Positions 10,388 through 20,988 are shown, numbered from the stretch's first letter. The stretch: 64,000 nt of DNA from Theionarchaea archaeon (GCA_018992685.1 JACVGT010000008.1:32001-96000); one strand, 5' to 3'. Numbers and translations are program-made. Notes: generated by a model not told the origin, from the letters alone.

Positions 10388-11917
10388 GTGATATTCATGA
10401 TGGAACTTGAAACCAGTGAGAAGCACATTAGAGTTTCAGACTTTCCACCCTTTGTCAGAGTGGCTCTGGATCAGAAAGCTCGGAGGAATATTTTCTCCAG
10501 AGCCATGAAGAGGGTAGGAGAAGTAAAGAGAACATATGAAAAGCCAGATAACTTTCCCGTTGAGTTATATGGAAAGAAAAAGGGAAAAATCATAAGACTA
10601 CTTTCAGAAGGACCACAATCTGCCGCTCATCTGATTGAAGCCAGTGAATTGAGTCCCAGTGCAGTGTATCATTTTCTGGGAAACCTGAACCAACAGGGGA
10701 TTCTAGAGAAGAGACAGCGCCAGTATTCTCTGAAAGAAGACGCTTTCAATGTTCTATCATTGAGCAATTTGGTTAAACTCGAAGAAGATCCCCGTTTGCG
10801 GCGAAAGTATGGCATTTCAGTCAAAGAACTGGAACTGGCATTCTATTTGTGGGACCGATTTGAAGAAGTGGCTCCCAAGGAGAGGGGCTATGCCCAGACG
10901 TACAACAGCACATACACCCTGGCAGATGCAGTGCACCGATGGAGAACAGGCCGGACAGATACGCCTATCTGGGCACTGAAAAAACTTATTGAGCTGGATG
11001 AATCTGATATATTGGATAACAGGAACAGTATCGTAAAATATCATCTTCCTCCTGGAATCCCAGTCAATCCAATGTTCCAGGGAGAATATAAGCTTCCTGT
11101 TGCAGTGGATTCAACGCTGGACAGGATCTTGATTCAACTCCTCCAGAAACTTTCAAAGAATCATCTTTACACATTCCCCAAGAAAAGAAAATGGCTGTTT
11201 GAGAACCTTCATGAAAAATTCGGTGAATTCGACGATTCTACGTCACGCCTTCCCTCAGCCATTACTGTGATTCTTAAATCGTATTACGGATTGCATCGTC
11301 TGAAGCGATCTTCAGCACGGATTCCCTCCAAAATTCCGGATAGATGGTCCACGTTAAGTCCTGTGGATCAAATGCAGGAGAAGTCCCAGCTTCTCCTGCA
11401 TATAATTTCCTTATCAAGCAAATCAAATGGCGGATTTGAAATCACATCACGTTCAGAGTCATTCCTTCAGGACATTTCCAATCTTTCCTCCGATCTAGGA
11501 CTGGGGATGCTCACAGTGCGAAAAAAGCACAAGAGACCCCATTTCAGGGCATACCTTTCTGAGAACAAGACAGTGACTCTGCGAAGGTATGCCTCATTAT
11601 CCCAAGTGTACCCGGAGTTGGATTTGTGGATGAGGATTCCTCTCAACCAGATTGCCCAGAAAATATTGGGTACCGATGGAAGTGCTCACGCCATTGAACG
11701 AGTATGCAGCGAAGAGCTTGTGCGGTTCGTGGAATCCATCATCTATTCACTGCAGAGAAAAAAGAAGTCATACACCTATCCTGCACCAGACTACATGCAG
11801 TACAAGGAGGACATCTCACACCACTTCTGGGAGAACAAAGCCCTCCCCACACCCAAGAAAGTGGAAGAGCTCCTGGAAATGCGTCAAGCTGAAGAGGAGA
11901 ATCTCCTGTACGCTTGA
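10388..11917 (+). CDS. wHTH/HTH DNA-binding protein with degenerate LAGLIDADG-like C-terminal region
   Basis: ArsR-like wHTH (IIRLLSEGPQSAAHL..ASELSPSAVYHFL..L...GIL); FEITSRSESFLQDISNLSSDLGL resembles LAGLIDADG-fold elements. Confidence 0.6.
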   Translation: MIFMMELETSEKHIRVSDFPPFVRVALDQKARRNIFSRAMKRVGEVKRTYEKPDNFPVELYGKKKGKIIRLLSEGPQSAAHLIEASELSPSAVYHFLGNLNQQGILEKRQRQYSLKEDAFNVLSLSNLVKLEEDPRLRRKYGISVKELELAFYLWDRFEEVAPKERGYAQTYNSTYTLADAVHRWRTGRTDTPIWALKKLIELDESDILDNRNSIVKYHLPPGIPVNPMFQGEYKLPVAVDSTLDRILIQLLQKLSKNHLYTFPKKRKWLFENLHEKFGEFDDSTSRLPSAITVILKSYYGLHRLKRSSARIPSKIPDRWSTLSPVDQMQEKSQLLLHIISLSSKSNGGFEITSRSESFLQDISNLSSDLGLGMLTVRKKHKRPHFRAYLSENKTVTLRRYASLSQVYPELDLWMRIPLNQIAQKILGTDGSAHAIERVCSEELVRFVESIIYSLQRKKKSYTYPAPDYMQYKEDISHHFWENKALPTPKKVEELLEMRQAEEENLLYA

Positions 11918-11918
11918 A

Positions 11919-13757
11919 CTACTCGCTTGTTGGAATGAGATTGGACACGCTTCTGAAGGAGGGGTTGGTTCTGGCAAGCCGCTCTCTCACCAGAGGGAAC
12001 AATTCCAGGTTGGAGTGTGGAAAATACATCGCATCCACGAACTCCTGCTGAAAGTCCTTCCGAGATGAAAGCTCCACATAGTTGACAGATTCAGAAATTA
12101 CCCGGGCCTTCTTCCTTTCTTTCACTGAAAGTAAACACAGCTTGGCCCCCACCCCCGCTGCGTTCCCTATACCCTTGATCTTCTCTGTAGGGATGTCAAA
12201 GATCAATCCGATGTCCTTTGCTGCCTCCTTGGGAATGTAGTTACCAAAGGCACCTGCCAATGCGATTTCTTCAACATCCTTCACTGTCACTCCGTACGTC
12301 TTCAGCAGAATCCTCTGGGCTGCAAAAATCGCTCCCTTGGCCAACTGGATCTCTCTCAGGTCTTTCTGAGTAACTGCAATTGCACCATTGATCACGAACG
12401 AATCGTTTTTCATCCTGGAGGCAAACCTCTCACTTGTCTGGAGCTTCCCAGCCGCATTGATCAAACCATTTCTGAGCAGCTCTGCTGTTACACTGATCAA
12501 CCCAGAGCCAGCAATTCCCTGGGGTGGCTCGTCATCAATCGTGTGGACTGTCACGTGGTCATTGATCTCCACCCGTTCGATAGCCCCGGGCGCTGCCCGC
12601 ATCCCGTATCTGATATGGGTGCCTTCAAAAGCAGGGCCTGCAGCAGTAGAACAGGCCAAAACCCTGTCCTCCGTTCCCAGAACTACTTCACAGTTTGTTC
12701 CTATATCAATAAGGAGGCGCAAACGGTCATCAAGAGGATGCGCAATGATATCTGCCACGGTATCTGCTCCCACAAATCCCGCTATCATTGGGAGCACATA
12801 CATTCGCTTTCCATACAGTGTGGAAGGAACAGACAGGGGTTCTTTCACCACAGGAATATAGGGGGAAACAGCCAGACTGCGGGGAGAAATACCCAGGAGC
12901 AGATGCTGCATGCAGGCATTTCCCGCCACTACCAGCTCATAGACTTCGCCTTTTCTTGTTCCAGCTGCATCTGCAAGTTCGGTGATAATGCCCATAAGGC
13001 AGTCTCGCAGTGATCTACGCAACCGGTCCAGATTCTCAGGATTCTGAGCAAAATTGATCCTGGAAATGACGTCATCCCCATAACTGATCTGTGGATTCAT
13101 CCTGGCCTTGACAGCGCATTGTTCTCCTGAATTTAAATCCATGAGGTAACCCACCACAGTGGTCGTTCCGACATCAAAGGCCACTCCGAAACAACGATCA
13201 CTGGTGTCACCTCTCTCGCATCCCACCAGTTCATCTCCCAGGAGAACCAGAGTGACCTCGAATTTGGAATCCCTCATGGCCACGGGTATTTGGTTCAGAG
13301 CTTCCAGGCTGACAGACCTCATATCGTACTCCATCGAGTCCCTCAGCCTCTCTACATCCGTCCTGTTGTCCTCCAGAGACGGTTCTGGGAGCTTGAGGAA
13401 GATCTTCTTGACATTGGGGGCTAATAGTATCTTTCTGGTGACCCCTTCCACCAGGATACGCTGCTTTCTGGCCAGCGATTCCTCGGGTATGTAGACAGTA
13501 AGGTTTTTGTCAACAATAGCCTGACATGCCAATCTGAACCCTCGTCTCAACTCATTCTGGGAGAAGAATTCCATTTCCTCTTCAGTGTATCCTTCGTAGC
13601 CAGATACCTGCACCTTACACTTGCCACACAACCCTTTTCCTCCACATTCAGCGCGCAGCTGGATCCCTGCGGCGTGTGCGGCCTCCAGTACTGTGTGCCC
13701 TGGTTCCACCAGAAGGCGTTTTGCTGAGGGTTGAAAGGTTACCTGAAGGCTGACCAT
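11919..13757 (-). CDS. ASKHA-domain 2Fe-2S reductive activator of corrinoid proteins (RACo/DUF4445)
   Basis: CGGKGLCGKC...LAC 2Fe-2S motif, DVGTTTV, NPQISYGDDVISRI, DIGTNCE, AGPAFEG, LAGAFG. Confidence 0.93.
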   Translation of the reverse strand: MVSLQVTFQPSAKRLLVEPGHTVLEAAHAAGIQLRAECGGKGLCGKCKVQVSGYEGYTEEEMEFFSQNELRRGFRLACQAIVDKNLTVYIPEESLARKQRILVEGVTRKILLAPNVKKIFLKLPEPSLEDNRTDVERLRDSMEYDMRSVSLEALNQIPVAMRDSKFEVTLVLLGDELVGCERGDTSDRCFGVAFDVGTTTVVGYLMDLNSGEQCAVKARMNPQISYGDDVISRINFAQNPENLDRLRRSLRDCLMGIITELADAAGTRKGEVYELVVAGNACMQHLLLGISPRSLAVSPYIPVVKEPLSVPSTLYGKRMYVLPMIAGFVGADTVADIIAHPLDDRLRLLIDIGTNCEVVLGTEDRVLACSTAAGPAFEGTHIRYGMRAAPGAIERVEINDHVTVHTIDDEPPQGIAGSGLISVTAELLRNGLINAAGKLQTSERFASRMKNDSFVINGAIAVTQKDLREIQLAKGAIFAAQRILLKTYGVTVKDVEEIALAGAFGNYIPKEAAKDIGLIFDIPTEKIKGIGNAAGVGAKLCLLSVKERKKARVISESVNYVELSSRKDFQQEFVDAMYFPHSNLELFPLVRERLARTNPSFRSVSNLIPTSE

Positions 13758-14183
13758 GAAGGTACATGCTTGAGAACAGATAAAAAGCTTTGCTATCAAA
13801 TGAAGGAGGTCTATTCTGTGATATGTCCAGCAGAGAGCGTACTTTACATATATCAAGGTTCAGAGGTACCTATCATCTTCATATACCCTGAGACCTCATA
13901 CTCTACATATACCAAGGCCCCAAAGTGATATTCAGGTAGAATTTATGTCACATTATGCTTCTCATGGAGCAGAAGGAGCATACATTCCTGTTAACAGTAT
14001 TCGGTGAGCGGTGGATAATTCTCAAGGAATGTCTCCCTGGGACGCAAGGGTGAGGACTCTGAATTCGGGAAGGTCCTGGGTTCTCTATCCACCTCACCCG
14101 GTCAACCACAGGTCTGGAGACTACTCCACGATGAGCTTCAAGCTGCAAAACCTTTAATAAAGAGCTGCAACAAGAGAGAACAA

Positions 14184-14834
14184 ATGCTCGTGGGAATCGA
14201 TGAATCTGGGAGAGGGCCTGTCATAGGCCCACTGGTGGTGTGTGCTGTGGCAGTATCACCTGGCACTGTTGAAGAGCTAGAAGCATTAGACCTCCATGAT
14301 TCCAAGAAATATACGCGAAAGAAGAGGGAAGCACTTGAGCCACTCATTCTGCCCCTGGTGGACACTGAAATTGCTGAGATTTCTGCACATGAGATCGACG
14401 TCCAGAGGATGTGCAGGACCTTGAATGATATTGAAGCAGAGATGTTCGCCCAGGTGCTGACGAGGTTCTCTGATGCCCGCACCATCATTGTTGATGCCTG
14501 TGATGTAAATCCTCGACGATTTGGCGAGAAAGTGTGCCGCCATTCAGGAGTGCACAAAATCATCTCAGAACATAGAGCAGATGATACATATCCTGTTGTT
14601 TCTGCTGCTTCGATCCTTGCAAAAGTGCAGAGAGATAGAAGAATTGACGAGCTGAAAGACACGTATGGTGACTTCGGGTCTGGGTACTGTTCCGACACCA
14701 GGACTACAACATTCCTCAGAGAGTATCTTCACAGGGAGGGTACATTACCCCCCATTACTCGCTCTTCGTGGGACACAGCCAGAAGAATGCTGGAAGAGTA
14801 CTCTCAGTGTACACTTGATGAGTTCTCCCACTGA
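14184..14834 (+). CDS. rnhB: Ribonuclease HII
   Basis: GIDESGRGPVIGPLV, DSKK, VSAASILAKVQRD, FGSGY. Confidence 0.96.
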   Translation: MLVGIDESGRGPVIGPLVVCAVAVSPGTVEELEALDLHDSKKYTRKKREALEPLILPLVDTEIAEISAHEIDVQRMCRTLNDIEAEMFAQVLTRFSDARTIIVDACDVNPRRFGEKVCRHSGVHKIISEHRADDTYPVVSAASILAKVQRDRRIDELKDTYGDFGSGYCSDTRTTTFLREYLHREGTLPPITRSSWDTARRMLEEYSQCTLDEFSH

Positions 14835-14878
14835 AAAATGACTGAGATACACGTGGTAATTTCACTAGAACCTGAGAA

Positions 14879-15034
14879 TTATTCCTTCTCCTTCACCTTC
14901 TTTATGGCATTCTCCAGAAGATCGTCTGTGTCTCGTTCCCCCTTGGTCAATGCTGAGAGGGGGTCCTGAGGGGGGATCATGTCCTTCAAAGCTTCTCTGA
15001 TGTAATGGTCTCTTGCCTTTTTTCTGGAAGACAT
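14879..15034 (-). CDS. Small hypothetical protein (51 aa)
   Basis: Manual translation MSSRKKARDHYIREALKDMIPPQDPLSALTKGERDTDDLLENAIKKVKEKE; TATA-like element about 25 nt upstream. Confidence 0.6.
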   Translation of the reverse strand: MSSRKKARDHYIREALKDMIPPQDPLSALTKGERDTDDLLENAIKKVKEKE

Positions 15035-15332
15035 ACTCTAATATTCGTTCAGAACTTTAAGAATGTTTTGATGCTGTGATTACTGTGATCTCGTCATTGG
15101 TGGACGTCTTCTTATACTCCCTGCTGGCAAAAGGGAAAAAAGAAGAATTGCAGACTGTGCCCAAATAGCAGGCGACCTTCAGAGCCAGCTGTCCATTGAT
15201 GGCTTTTCTATCCTATCTTTTCAAGAATACCTCTGATATACCCTGGGGAATGATGCAGGGAAAAAATAGGCCAAGAGAGACACGACACCCCGATTCAGAG
15301 CTGTCCTGTCTCACCTCAAAATGAAAGAGTGG

Positions 15333-16232
15333 TTATTGTCTCTTGAAAACCTTCTTGTATGTCATCATCCCTGCAAAGGCCAATGCTGTCAGGAACACGG
15401 CCAGCGGAACAAAGTATCCCAGAAATATGATGATACCTCTGATAGCTCCCAGGAACCCTTCAATTGCCTGGTCCAAAGCTCTTCTCATTCCTGACTCATG
15501 AACGACTTCCTCTGGTTCTGCCATCTGGATATAGATTGCAGAATAGCGTATCTGGGTTTCCATGTAGTTGAGAGTCCCCTGCAGGCTCTCGATTTCCCCC
15601 CGTATCCTTTCAAGCTGGGTTTCCACCCTCAACACTTCTTCCACCGTGGTGGCCATGTCCAGGATTTCCAGGTACCGCTGTTCCTGGTGTTCCAGGTTGT
15701 CAAGGCGAGCTTTCAGATCGATGTACTGCTCTGTCACGTCTTCCAGTGTAAGATTCTCCTCTTTCAGATCCCCCACAGTCTCAATGTCTTTGACTGCTTC
15801 CTCAAACCGATCCTCTGGAACCCTGATGGCGACATGACCAACTTCTCTGTCACCATACTGCTGAACTGCTGAGTCAGCAACATACCCGCCATATGTTGCA
15901 GCTATCTCCTCAACAGCTTTGAGAGCCTGGGAGTAGGAATCAACCTCCAGAGAGAGAAATGCGGTCTTGATGAGCAGCGGCTCTGAAGGAACTGAATACT
16001 GCCCACCAGTGGAAGGAAGAGGCACAGCCTCAGATTCCTTGAACAACGATGGAAAACTGAAAAAATCTCTGGAGAAAGCAGCCTCGCGGGCAACGTATAC
16101 CTCTTCAGGTGGACTTCCTGCATACCTATCTTCCTCAAGATACGAAGACTGACCAATCTGGACGACAGCCAGGAAGGCTGCCAGTACACAGCTGACAGCA
16201 ATGACACCAATCAACAATGTCTTTTCTCTCAT
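15333..16232 (-). CDS. DUF4349 domain membrane protein
   Basis: LIKTAFLSLEV, GGYV, EDVTEQYIDLKARL, coiled coil, C-terminal TM. Confidence 0.9.
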   Translation of the reverse strand: MREKTLLIGVIAVSCVLAAFLAVVQIGQSSYLEEDRYAGSPPEEVYVAREAAFSRDFFSFPSLFKESEAVPLPSTGGQYSVPSEPLLIKTAFLSLEVDSYSQALKAVEEIAATYGGYVADSAVQQYGDREVGHVAIRVPEDRFEEAVKDIETVGDLKEENLTLEDVTEQYIDLKARLDNLEHQEQRYLEILDMATTVEEVLRVETQLERIRGEIESLQGTLNYMETQIRYSAIYIQMAEPEEVVHESGMRRALDQAIEGFLGAIRGIIIFLGYFVPLAVFLTALAFAGMMTYKKVFKRQ

Positions 16233-16291
16233 AATTCTACTGGATTCCTCCACTATTTATAGATTTCCCTATACTTCAACTTCTATTGAAC

Positions 16292-17149
16292 TCATTCTTT
16301 AAGAAAAATAAGATTTGTGCGCTTATACTTCTCTTTTTTGACTACATTTCTGCTTTCAAGGTCTGAAATTATCTTTGAAATCTTTGATTTAGAAAATCCC
16401 GTATTTCTCACCAGGTCTTTCTGAACAATCCTCCCCCCTGCCTTTCGTATTTCCTCCAGGACTTTCTGTTCATCAGCAACAACGTACTCGGGCTGGGGCT
16501 TGCGCCTTCTCCCCAGGTAGAACCCCACGGCAAGTCCGGCAACCAGTGCCGCAGCAAGGTAGTACAGCAGGAATTCGTCAGAGTTGGGAGAACTCACAGG
16601 CTTATACCCCAGTAATACCATGAACTCTTCTCCTTCCGACAGAACGTCTCTTTTCCATTTCACCACTAGGGTTTCCCGATACGAATAGAAGGAGGTGGGT
16701 ACAGGGTAAATGGGAGATACCACAGCCATTTCTGACGGAACGGTAATCTCAATCTGAAAATTCTTTACCGGAACAGAAAACTGGAATATGGGTGAGAATA
16801 CCCACTTTCCCTCCTTCACGGGGCTGATATAGCCAGAGGTATCAAATTCAACGGTAAAGGTATAGGGTCTCGACCCTATGATGTCAAGGTAGCACAGCAG
16901 CAGATCATTCTTGATCTCATGGTTAACCCTACCCTGGCTGTCATATACCTGCAGGTTCTCCAATGGATACAGAAAACTGTATTCAAGAATCGGCAGTGAA
17001 TCATAATTCTCCACAGTAATGGTAATCTCTTCATGGACCTTTCCCTCTGAAATATTGATGGTCACACTGTACTCAGTTATTTCATACGGGTAGTCCGTGG
17101 GTAAGGGCTGCAGCAACAGCATCACAGCAACCAATGCGCTGAGAACCAT
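16292..17149 (-). CDS. Membrane protein with exported beta domain, TM and C-terminal wHTH (COG2512/DUF7343-like)
   Basis: Signal peptide, TM, DEQKVL..I...GG.I.QKDLV..TGFSKSKISKII..LE. Confidence 0.82.
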   Translation of the reverse strand: MVLSALVAVMLLLQPLPTDYPYEITEYSVTINISEGKVHEEITITVENYDSLPILEYSFLYPLENLQVYDSQGRVNHEIKNDLLLCYLDIIGSRPYTFTVEFDTSGYISPVKEGKWVFSPIFQFSVPVKNFQIEITVPSEMAVVSPIYPVPTSFYSYRETLVVKWKRDVLSEGEEFMVLLGYKPVSSPNSDEFLLYYLAAALVAGLAVGFYLGRRRKPQPEYVVADEQKVLEEIRKAGGRIVQKDLVRNTGFSKSKISKIISDLESRNVVKKEKYKRTNLIFLKE

Positions 17150-17203
17150 GCAGTCACATACTGTACCTGCTTTAAAAAAGGTTCGTATTCTTCAAGACAA
17201 CAA

Positions 17204-17947
17204 TCAGACGAACCTGGTCTTCTCTATGCGCACTTTGTCTGGAAAGACTGTAGGTTCAGGAACCAGAAAGGGAATCAAAAGTTCAAAATCAGGCTGTTCA
17301 ATAATCACGTCCACACTTCTACTGAACTCAATAAACTCCTTCTTGAATCCCTTCTCTGCCTCTTCAAGGCACTGCTTCAATCGCTGTGTGAGGTTTGACG
17401 ACGGGTTAAACAAGATTGAGAATCCAACCTCTTGGAACATAGCCCAGTCATTCTCATCATTTCCCACTGCCACACTTTCCTTCTTGGACGATTTCTGGGC
17501 CACAATCTTCCGCACGAGGTCTCCTTTCGACTGCAGGGTGATGAGTGTCTCTGAAACAAGGGATCCCGTGATCTTTCCCTCTCGGATTTCGAGAGTGTTC
17601 CCATAGCACTCTGTAATTCCCAACCTCTCGGCAAAAGCGGCCGCTATCTGCTGCACTCCATTGGTGATGAGAATTGGCTGATACTCTGCTCTCTTCAGCG
17701 CTTCAATGGTTCTTTCAGCTCCTTTCACTACAGGCAGAGTGTCTCCCACTTCCTTCAGTATTGATTCAGGTATATCGCAGAACAGGCTCACTCCTTTCCG
17801 AATTACCCATTCCAGTCCAATCTTCTTGTTTGTCGTCCCAGAAAATATCTTCTTGAGCTCAGCTTCTCTGCCCACCTTTTCTGCAAAGTGAAGAGCGTGT
17901 GCTGTGGGGGTGAGTACCCCATCCATATCAAAGAAAACAAGCTTCAT
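17204..17947 (-). CDS. HAD-IB phosphatase, phosphoserine phosphatase-like
   Basis: FFDMDGVL motif I, ITNG motif II, K motif III, GNDEND motif IV. Confidence 0.82.
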   Translation of the reverse strand: MKLVFFDMDGVLTPTAHALHFAEKVGREAELKKIFSGTTNKKIGLEWVIRKGVSLFCDIPESILKEVGDTLPVVKGAERTIEALKRAEYQPILITNGVQQIAAAFAERLGITECYGNTLEIREGKITGSLVSETLITLQSKGDLVRKIVAQKSSKKESVAVGNDENDWAMFQEVGFSILFNPSSNLTQRLKQCLEEAEKGFKKEFIEFSRSVDVIIEQPDFELLIPFLVPEPTVFPDKVRIEKTRFV

Positions 17948-17949
17948 GG

Positions 17950-18183
17950 TTACAACTCGACAACTACCAATGTCATGGATTCAGTGACACCGTCAATCCT
18001 CTCAATACGGTGAAGGATGATGTCTGTCAACTGGGTCAACCCTTCCACAGCCAAGTAGATCACCATGTCGTACGGGCCTGTAATGGCCTCAGCCTCTATC
18101 ACTTCATCCAGTTCTCTAACTCTCTCCAGTGCCGTCTTCAACATGCCAATACGCACTGTCAGGAGGAGATACGCGTACAGCAT
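17950..18183 (-). CDS. Stand-alone Lrp/AsnC ligand-binding (RAM) domain protein
   Basis: AYLLL.V, V.EA..ITGPYD, I.RIDGVTESMTLV; no HTH. Confidence 0.88.
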   Translation of the reverse strand: MLYAYLLLTVRIGMLKTALERVRELDEVIEAEAITGPYDMVIYLAVEGLTQLTDIILHRIERIDGVTESMTLVVVEL

Positions 18184-18480
18184 ACTCTTTCTTTCGTTAG
18201 GAGTTTATAAAGTCTTTGATTCGCCGCAAGTACTGGATTTTGTAGAAATGAAAGCAGTCTGCAGAACCACCACGACATCCCTGATGCACTCAGACCCGGA
18301 TGAGCATGTCACTTCTGTTGAATTCGATTCTCGGTGGATAATTATAATGGGAGAGGGGCTCTGTGACGGGGAACTCATGGATTCCAAGAGTCTCATGGTG
18401 GAAAAGAGGATGTGATACAGGGAGTTGCTCTTCTTGACTGGAAGCACAAAGGTTTTTAACAGCTGATCGAAGTTTCTCTC

Positions 18481-18639
18481 ATGATGGTGGAAAAAGATTT
18501 ATGTATGTACTGTGGCTGTTGCGCCAGCGTCTGTCCATTCAGCGGTGTTATTGTTACAGATTATGATGTTCAGGTCACAGATACCTGTACAGACTGCAAG
18601 ACCTGCGTCAGAGCTTGCCCCATGGGGGCGATCCAATGA
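18481..18639 (+). CDS. 2x[4Fe-4S] ferredoxin (52 aa)
   Basis: Manual translation MMVEKDLCMYCGCCASVCPFSG...CTDCKTCVRACPMGAIQ; ATGA overlap with the GGR gene; missed by ORF track. Confidence 0.92.
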   Translation: MMVEKDLCMYCGCCASVCPFSGVIVTDYDVQVTDTCTDCKTCVRACPMGAIQ

Positions 18640-19811
18640 GAGAATGTGATGTCCTTGTGGTGGGAGCAGGCCCGGCAGGAAGTATTGCAGCCCTAACTGC
18701 AGCCCCTCACTGCGACGTAGTGGTACTTGAGAAGAGAGCCCACATTGGGGTACCGAAGCAGTGTGCAGAAGGAACCAGTGAAGCGATTTTTGAGAAACTG
18801 GGCATACCACTGAGCCCCAAATGGGTATCCCGAAAGATCGAGTTTGCCCGGTTGATATCGCCTTCCAGAATCGCGGTTGATCTTAAAGATGAAAGAGTTA
18901 AACAACTCAAGTTTGGGTATGTTCTTGAAAGAAAGAAATTTGACAAAGCTCTTGCAGAGTTGGCGGCCAAGAAGGGAGCCGAGTTCTATCTGCGGACGCA
19001 GTATCAGGGACTGAAGCGAGAGGACAACCATGTTGTGATAAAAGCACGACAGTTTGATAAGGACCTGACCTTCAAAGCTCGGATTGTCATCGCTGCAGAT
19101 GGGTTAATGTCACGGGTTGCTAAAGATTTCGGCATTGATTCCACCACCAAGTTGAGACATCTTGAGTCATGCTGCCAGTACGAGATGACAGGAATGGAAC
19201 GAGAAAGCTGTATAGAACTGTATTTTGGAAATGAAATTGCTCCTAAAGGGTATGCATGGGTATTTCCCAAAGAGGGTGATGTGGCAAATGTGGGAATTGG
19301 CATTCTGCCCACCAAAGCCGAATACCCGGCAAAATACTATCTGGATAAATTCGTCAGCTGGTTGGGGCTTTCTGGAACGGTTGTAGAAGTAAATGCAGGG
19401 GGAGTTCCTGTGGGTGGTCCACTGGATCAGACCTATGACGATAACCTACTCATAGCAGGAGACGCGGCACATATGGCAAATCCCATCTCAGGAGGAGGTA
19501 TTCATACTGCCATGCTGTCGGGGAAGTTTGCAGGTGAGACTGCAACAAGAGCCCTGGAGTCGCAGAGTACTGATAAGGAGACTCTCTCTGAATATGAAAC
19601 ACGGTGGAAAGCAGACTTCGGCAGAGAACTTGACCTGTCACTGAAGGGACGGTTCATCTTGGAGGAGTTCACTGATGAAGACTTTGACGCCACAGCGAAA
19701 TGGATGAACGAGAAGGGGGTTGGTCAACTGGGTGCTCTGGACCTGGTAAAATTCGCTTTAAAGAGGCATCCCAAGTTTGCCATCAAGTTTGCGTCATTCC
19801 TTACTTCCTAA
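18636..19811 (+). CDS. Digeranylgeranylglycerophospholipid reductase (geranylgeranyl reductase)
   Basis: GAGPAG, PKQCAEG, APKGYAWVFPK (PxxYxWxFP), GDAA..ANPISGGGI. Confidence 0.92.
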   Translation: MRECDVLVVGAGPAGSIAALTAAPHCDVVVLEKRAHIGVPKQCAEGTSEAIFEKLGIPLSPKWVSRKIEFARLISPSRIAVDLKDERVKQLKFGYVLERKKFDKALAELAAKKGAEFYLRTQYQGLKREDNHVVIKARQFDKDLTFKARIVIAADGLMSRVAKDFGIDSTTKLRHLESCCQYEMTGMERESCIELYFGNEIAPKGYAWVFPKEGDVANVGIGILPTKAEYPAKYYLDKFVSWLGLSGTVVEVNAGGVPVGGPLDQTYDDNLLIAGDAAHMANPISGGGIHTAMLSGKFAGETATRALESQSTDKETLSEYETRWKADFGRELDLSLKGRFILEEFTDEDFDATAKWMNEKGVGQLGALDLVKFALKRHPKFAIKFASFLTS

Positions 19812-20148
19812 TTTCTTCTTTCTCATGCCCAGCATCAGGACTACGAGCTAATTCCAGACAGCTAAGATGTGGTACTAGTGCTTCATGAAAATGCGATAGC
19901 TGCAACACATCGAGGACTTAAAAAGGAAGGTTCTGGTACTGCAAATGGCACATGGATACATGGAGCTAAACAATGTTACTGGGCGGAATATGCGATTATT
20001 GTGATGTGCACAAGAATGATCTCTGCAAGAATATGCTGCTATTGCCGCAGCTGCCTACACCAGGGTGTTGCAACTTCATAATCGCTTCCTGAGAACTGGA
20101 ACACGCTGTGAGGAAGACCAAAACCTCATAAAGGGATACTGACCACAG

Positions 20149-20988
20149 GTGACCATGGATATCAAGACACTGCTCGAATTGACCCGTCCCATAAACGACA
20201 TCATGTCCGGATTTGCTGTCTTCATTGCAGGAGCAATATCAGTGGGATGGCATATGCCACTCATGAGTCTGGCGGCTGCCTCCCTGGGTACTTTTTTTGC
20301 ATCTGCAGGGGGAATGGTAATCAATGATTATTTTGACATTGACATAGACAGCGTCAATCGTCCTCATAGACCCATACCTAGCAACAGAATAACTCGTCGG
20401 GGAGCATTACAATTCTCGCTGTTCTTATTTATGGGAGCTGGAGTATGCGTGCTGTTCACCAATGTGTGGTGCATCGTGGTGGGGCTCCCTGCGCTATTCT
20501 TGATCATTCTGTATTCCTGGAAGTTGAAGAGACGGCTGTTTGTGGGAAATCTGGCAGTAGCCCTGCTTTCTGCCCTGGCCCTACTGTATGGGGGGATTGC
20601 CGCGGGTAATATCCAGCTGGTATCCATCCTGGCCCTGATTGCCTTCTTTGCCACTGTTTCCAGAGAACTGGCAAAAGACATTGAGGATATTAAGGGCGAT
20701 CGAATAGGAGGATCTCAATCTGTGCCTGTCCTCCTTGGAGAGAATCTGAGTGCCCAGATTGCAGGTGGGTTTCTTGCCCTGGCCATTTGTACATCACTGC
20801 TCCCATATGTGCTTGGGATCTTCGGCAACCTGTATCTGGTGCTGATAGTACCCGTAAACCTGGTCATGGGGTTTGTTATGGTGCAGATGTTCCTGAAGAA
20901 CATTGAGAGAATACCAGTGTGGCAGAAAATGCTCAAAGTAGGAATGTACGTTACTCTGGGAATCTTCCTGGCAGCACGATTCATTTGA
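20149..20988 (+). CDS. Digeranylgeranylglyceryl phosphate synthase (UbiA family)
   Basis: LTRPIN, INDYFDIDIDSVNRPHRPIPS, RELAKDIEDIKGD. Confidence 0.9.
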   Translation: MTMDIKTLLELTRPINDIMSGFAVFIAGAISVGWHMPLMSLAAASLGTFFASAGGMVINDYFDIDIDSVNRPHRPIPSNRITRRGALQFSLFLFMGAGVCVLFTNVWCIVVGLPALFLIILYSWKLKRRLFVGNLAVALLSALALLYGGIAAGNIQLVSILALIAFFATVSRELAKDIEDIKGDRIGGSQSVPVLLGENLSAQIAGGFLALAICTSLLPYVLGIFGNLYLVLIVPVNLVMGFVMVQMFLKNIERIPVWQKMLKVGMYVTLGIFLAARFI

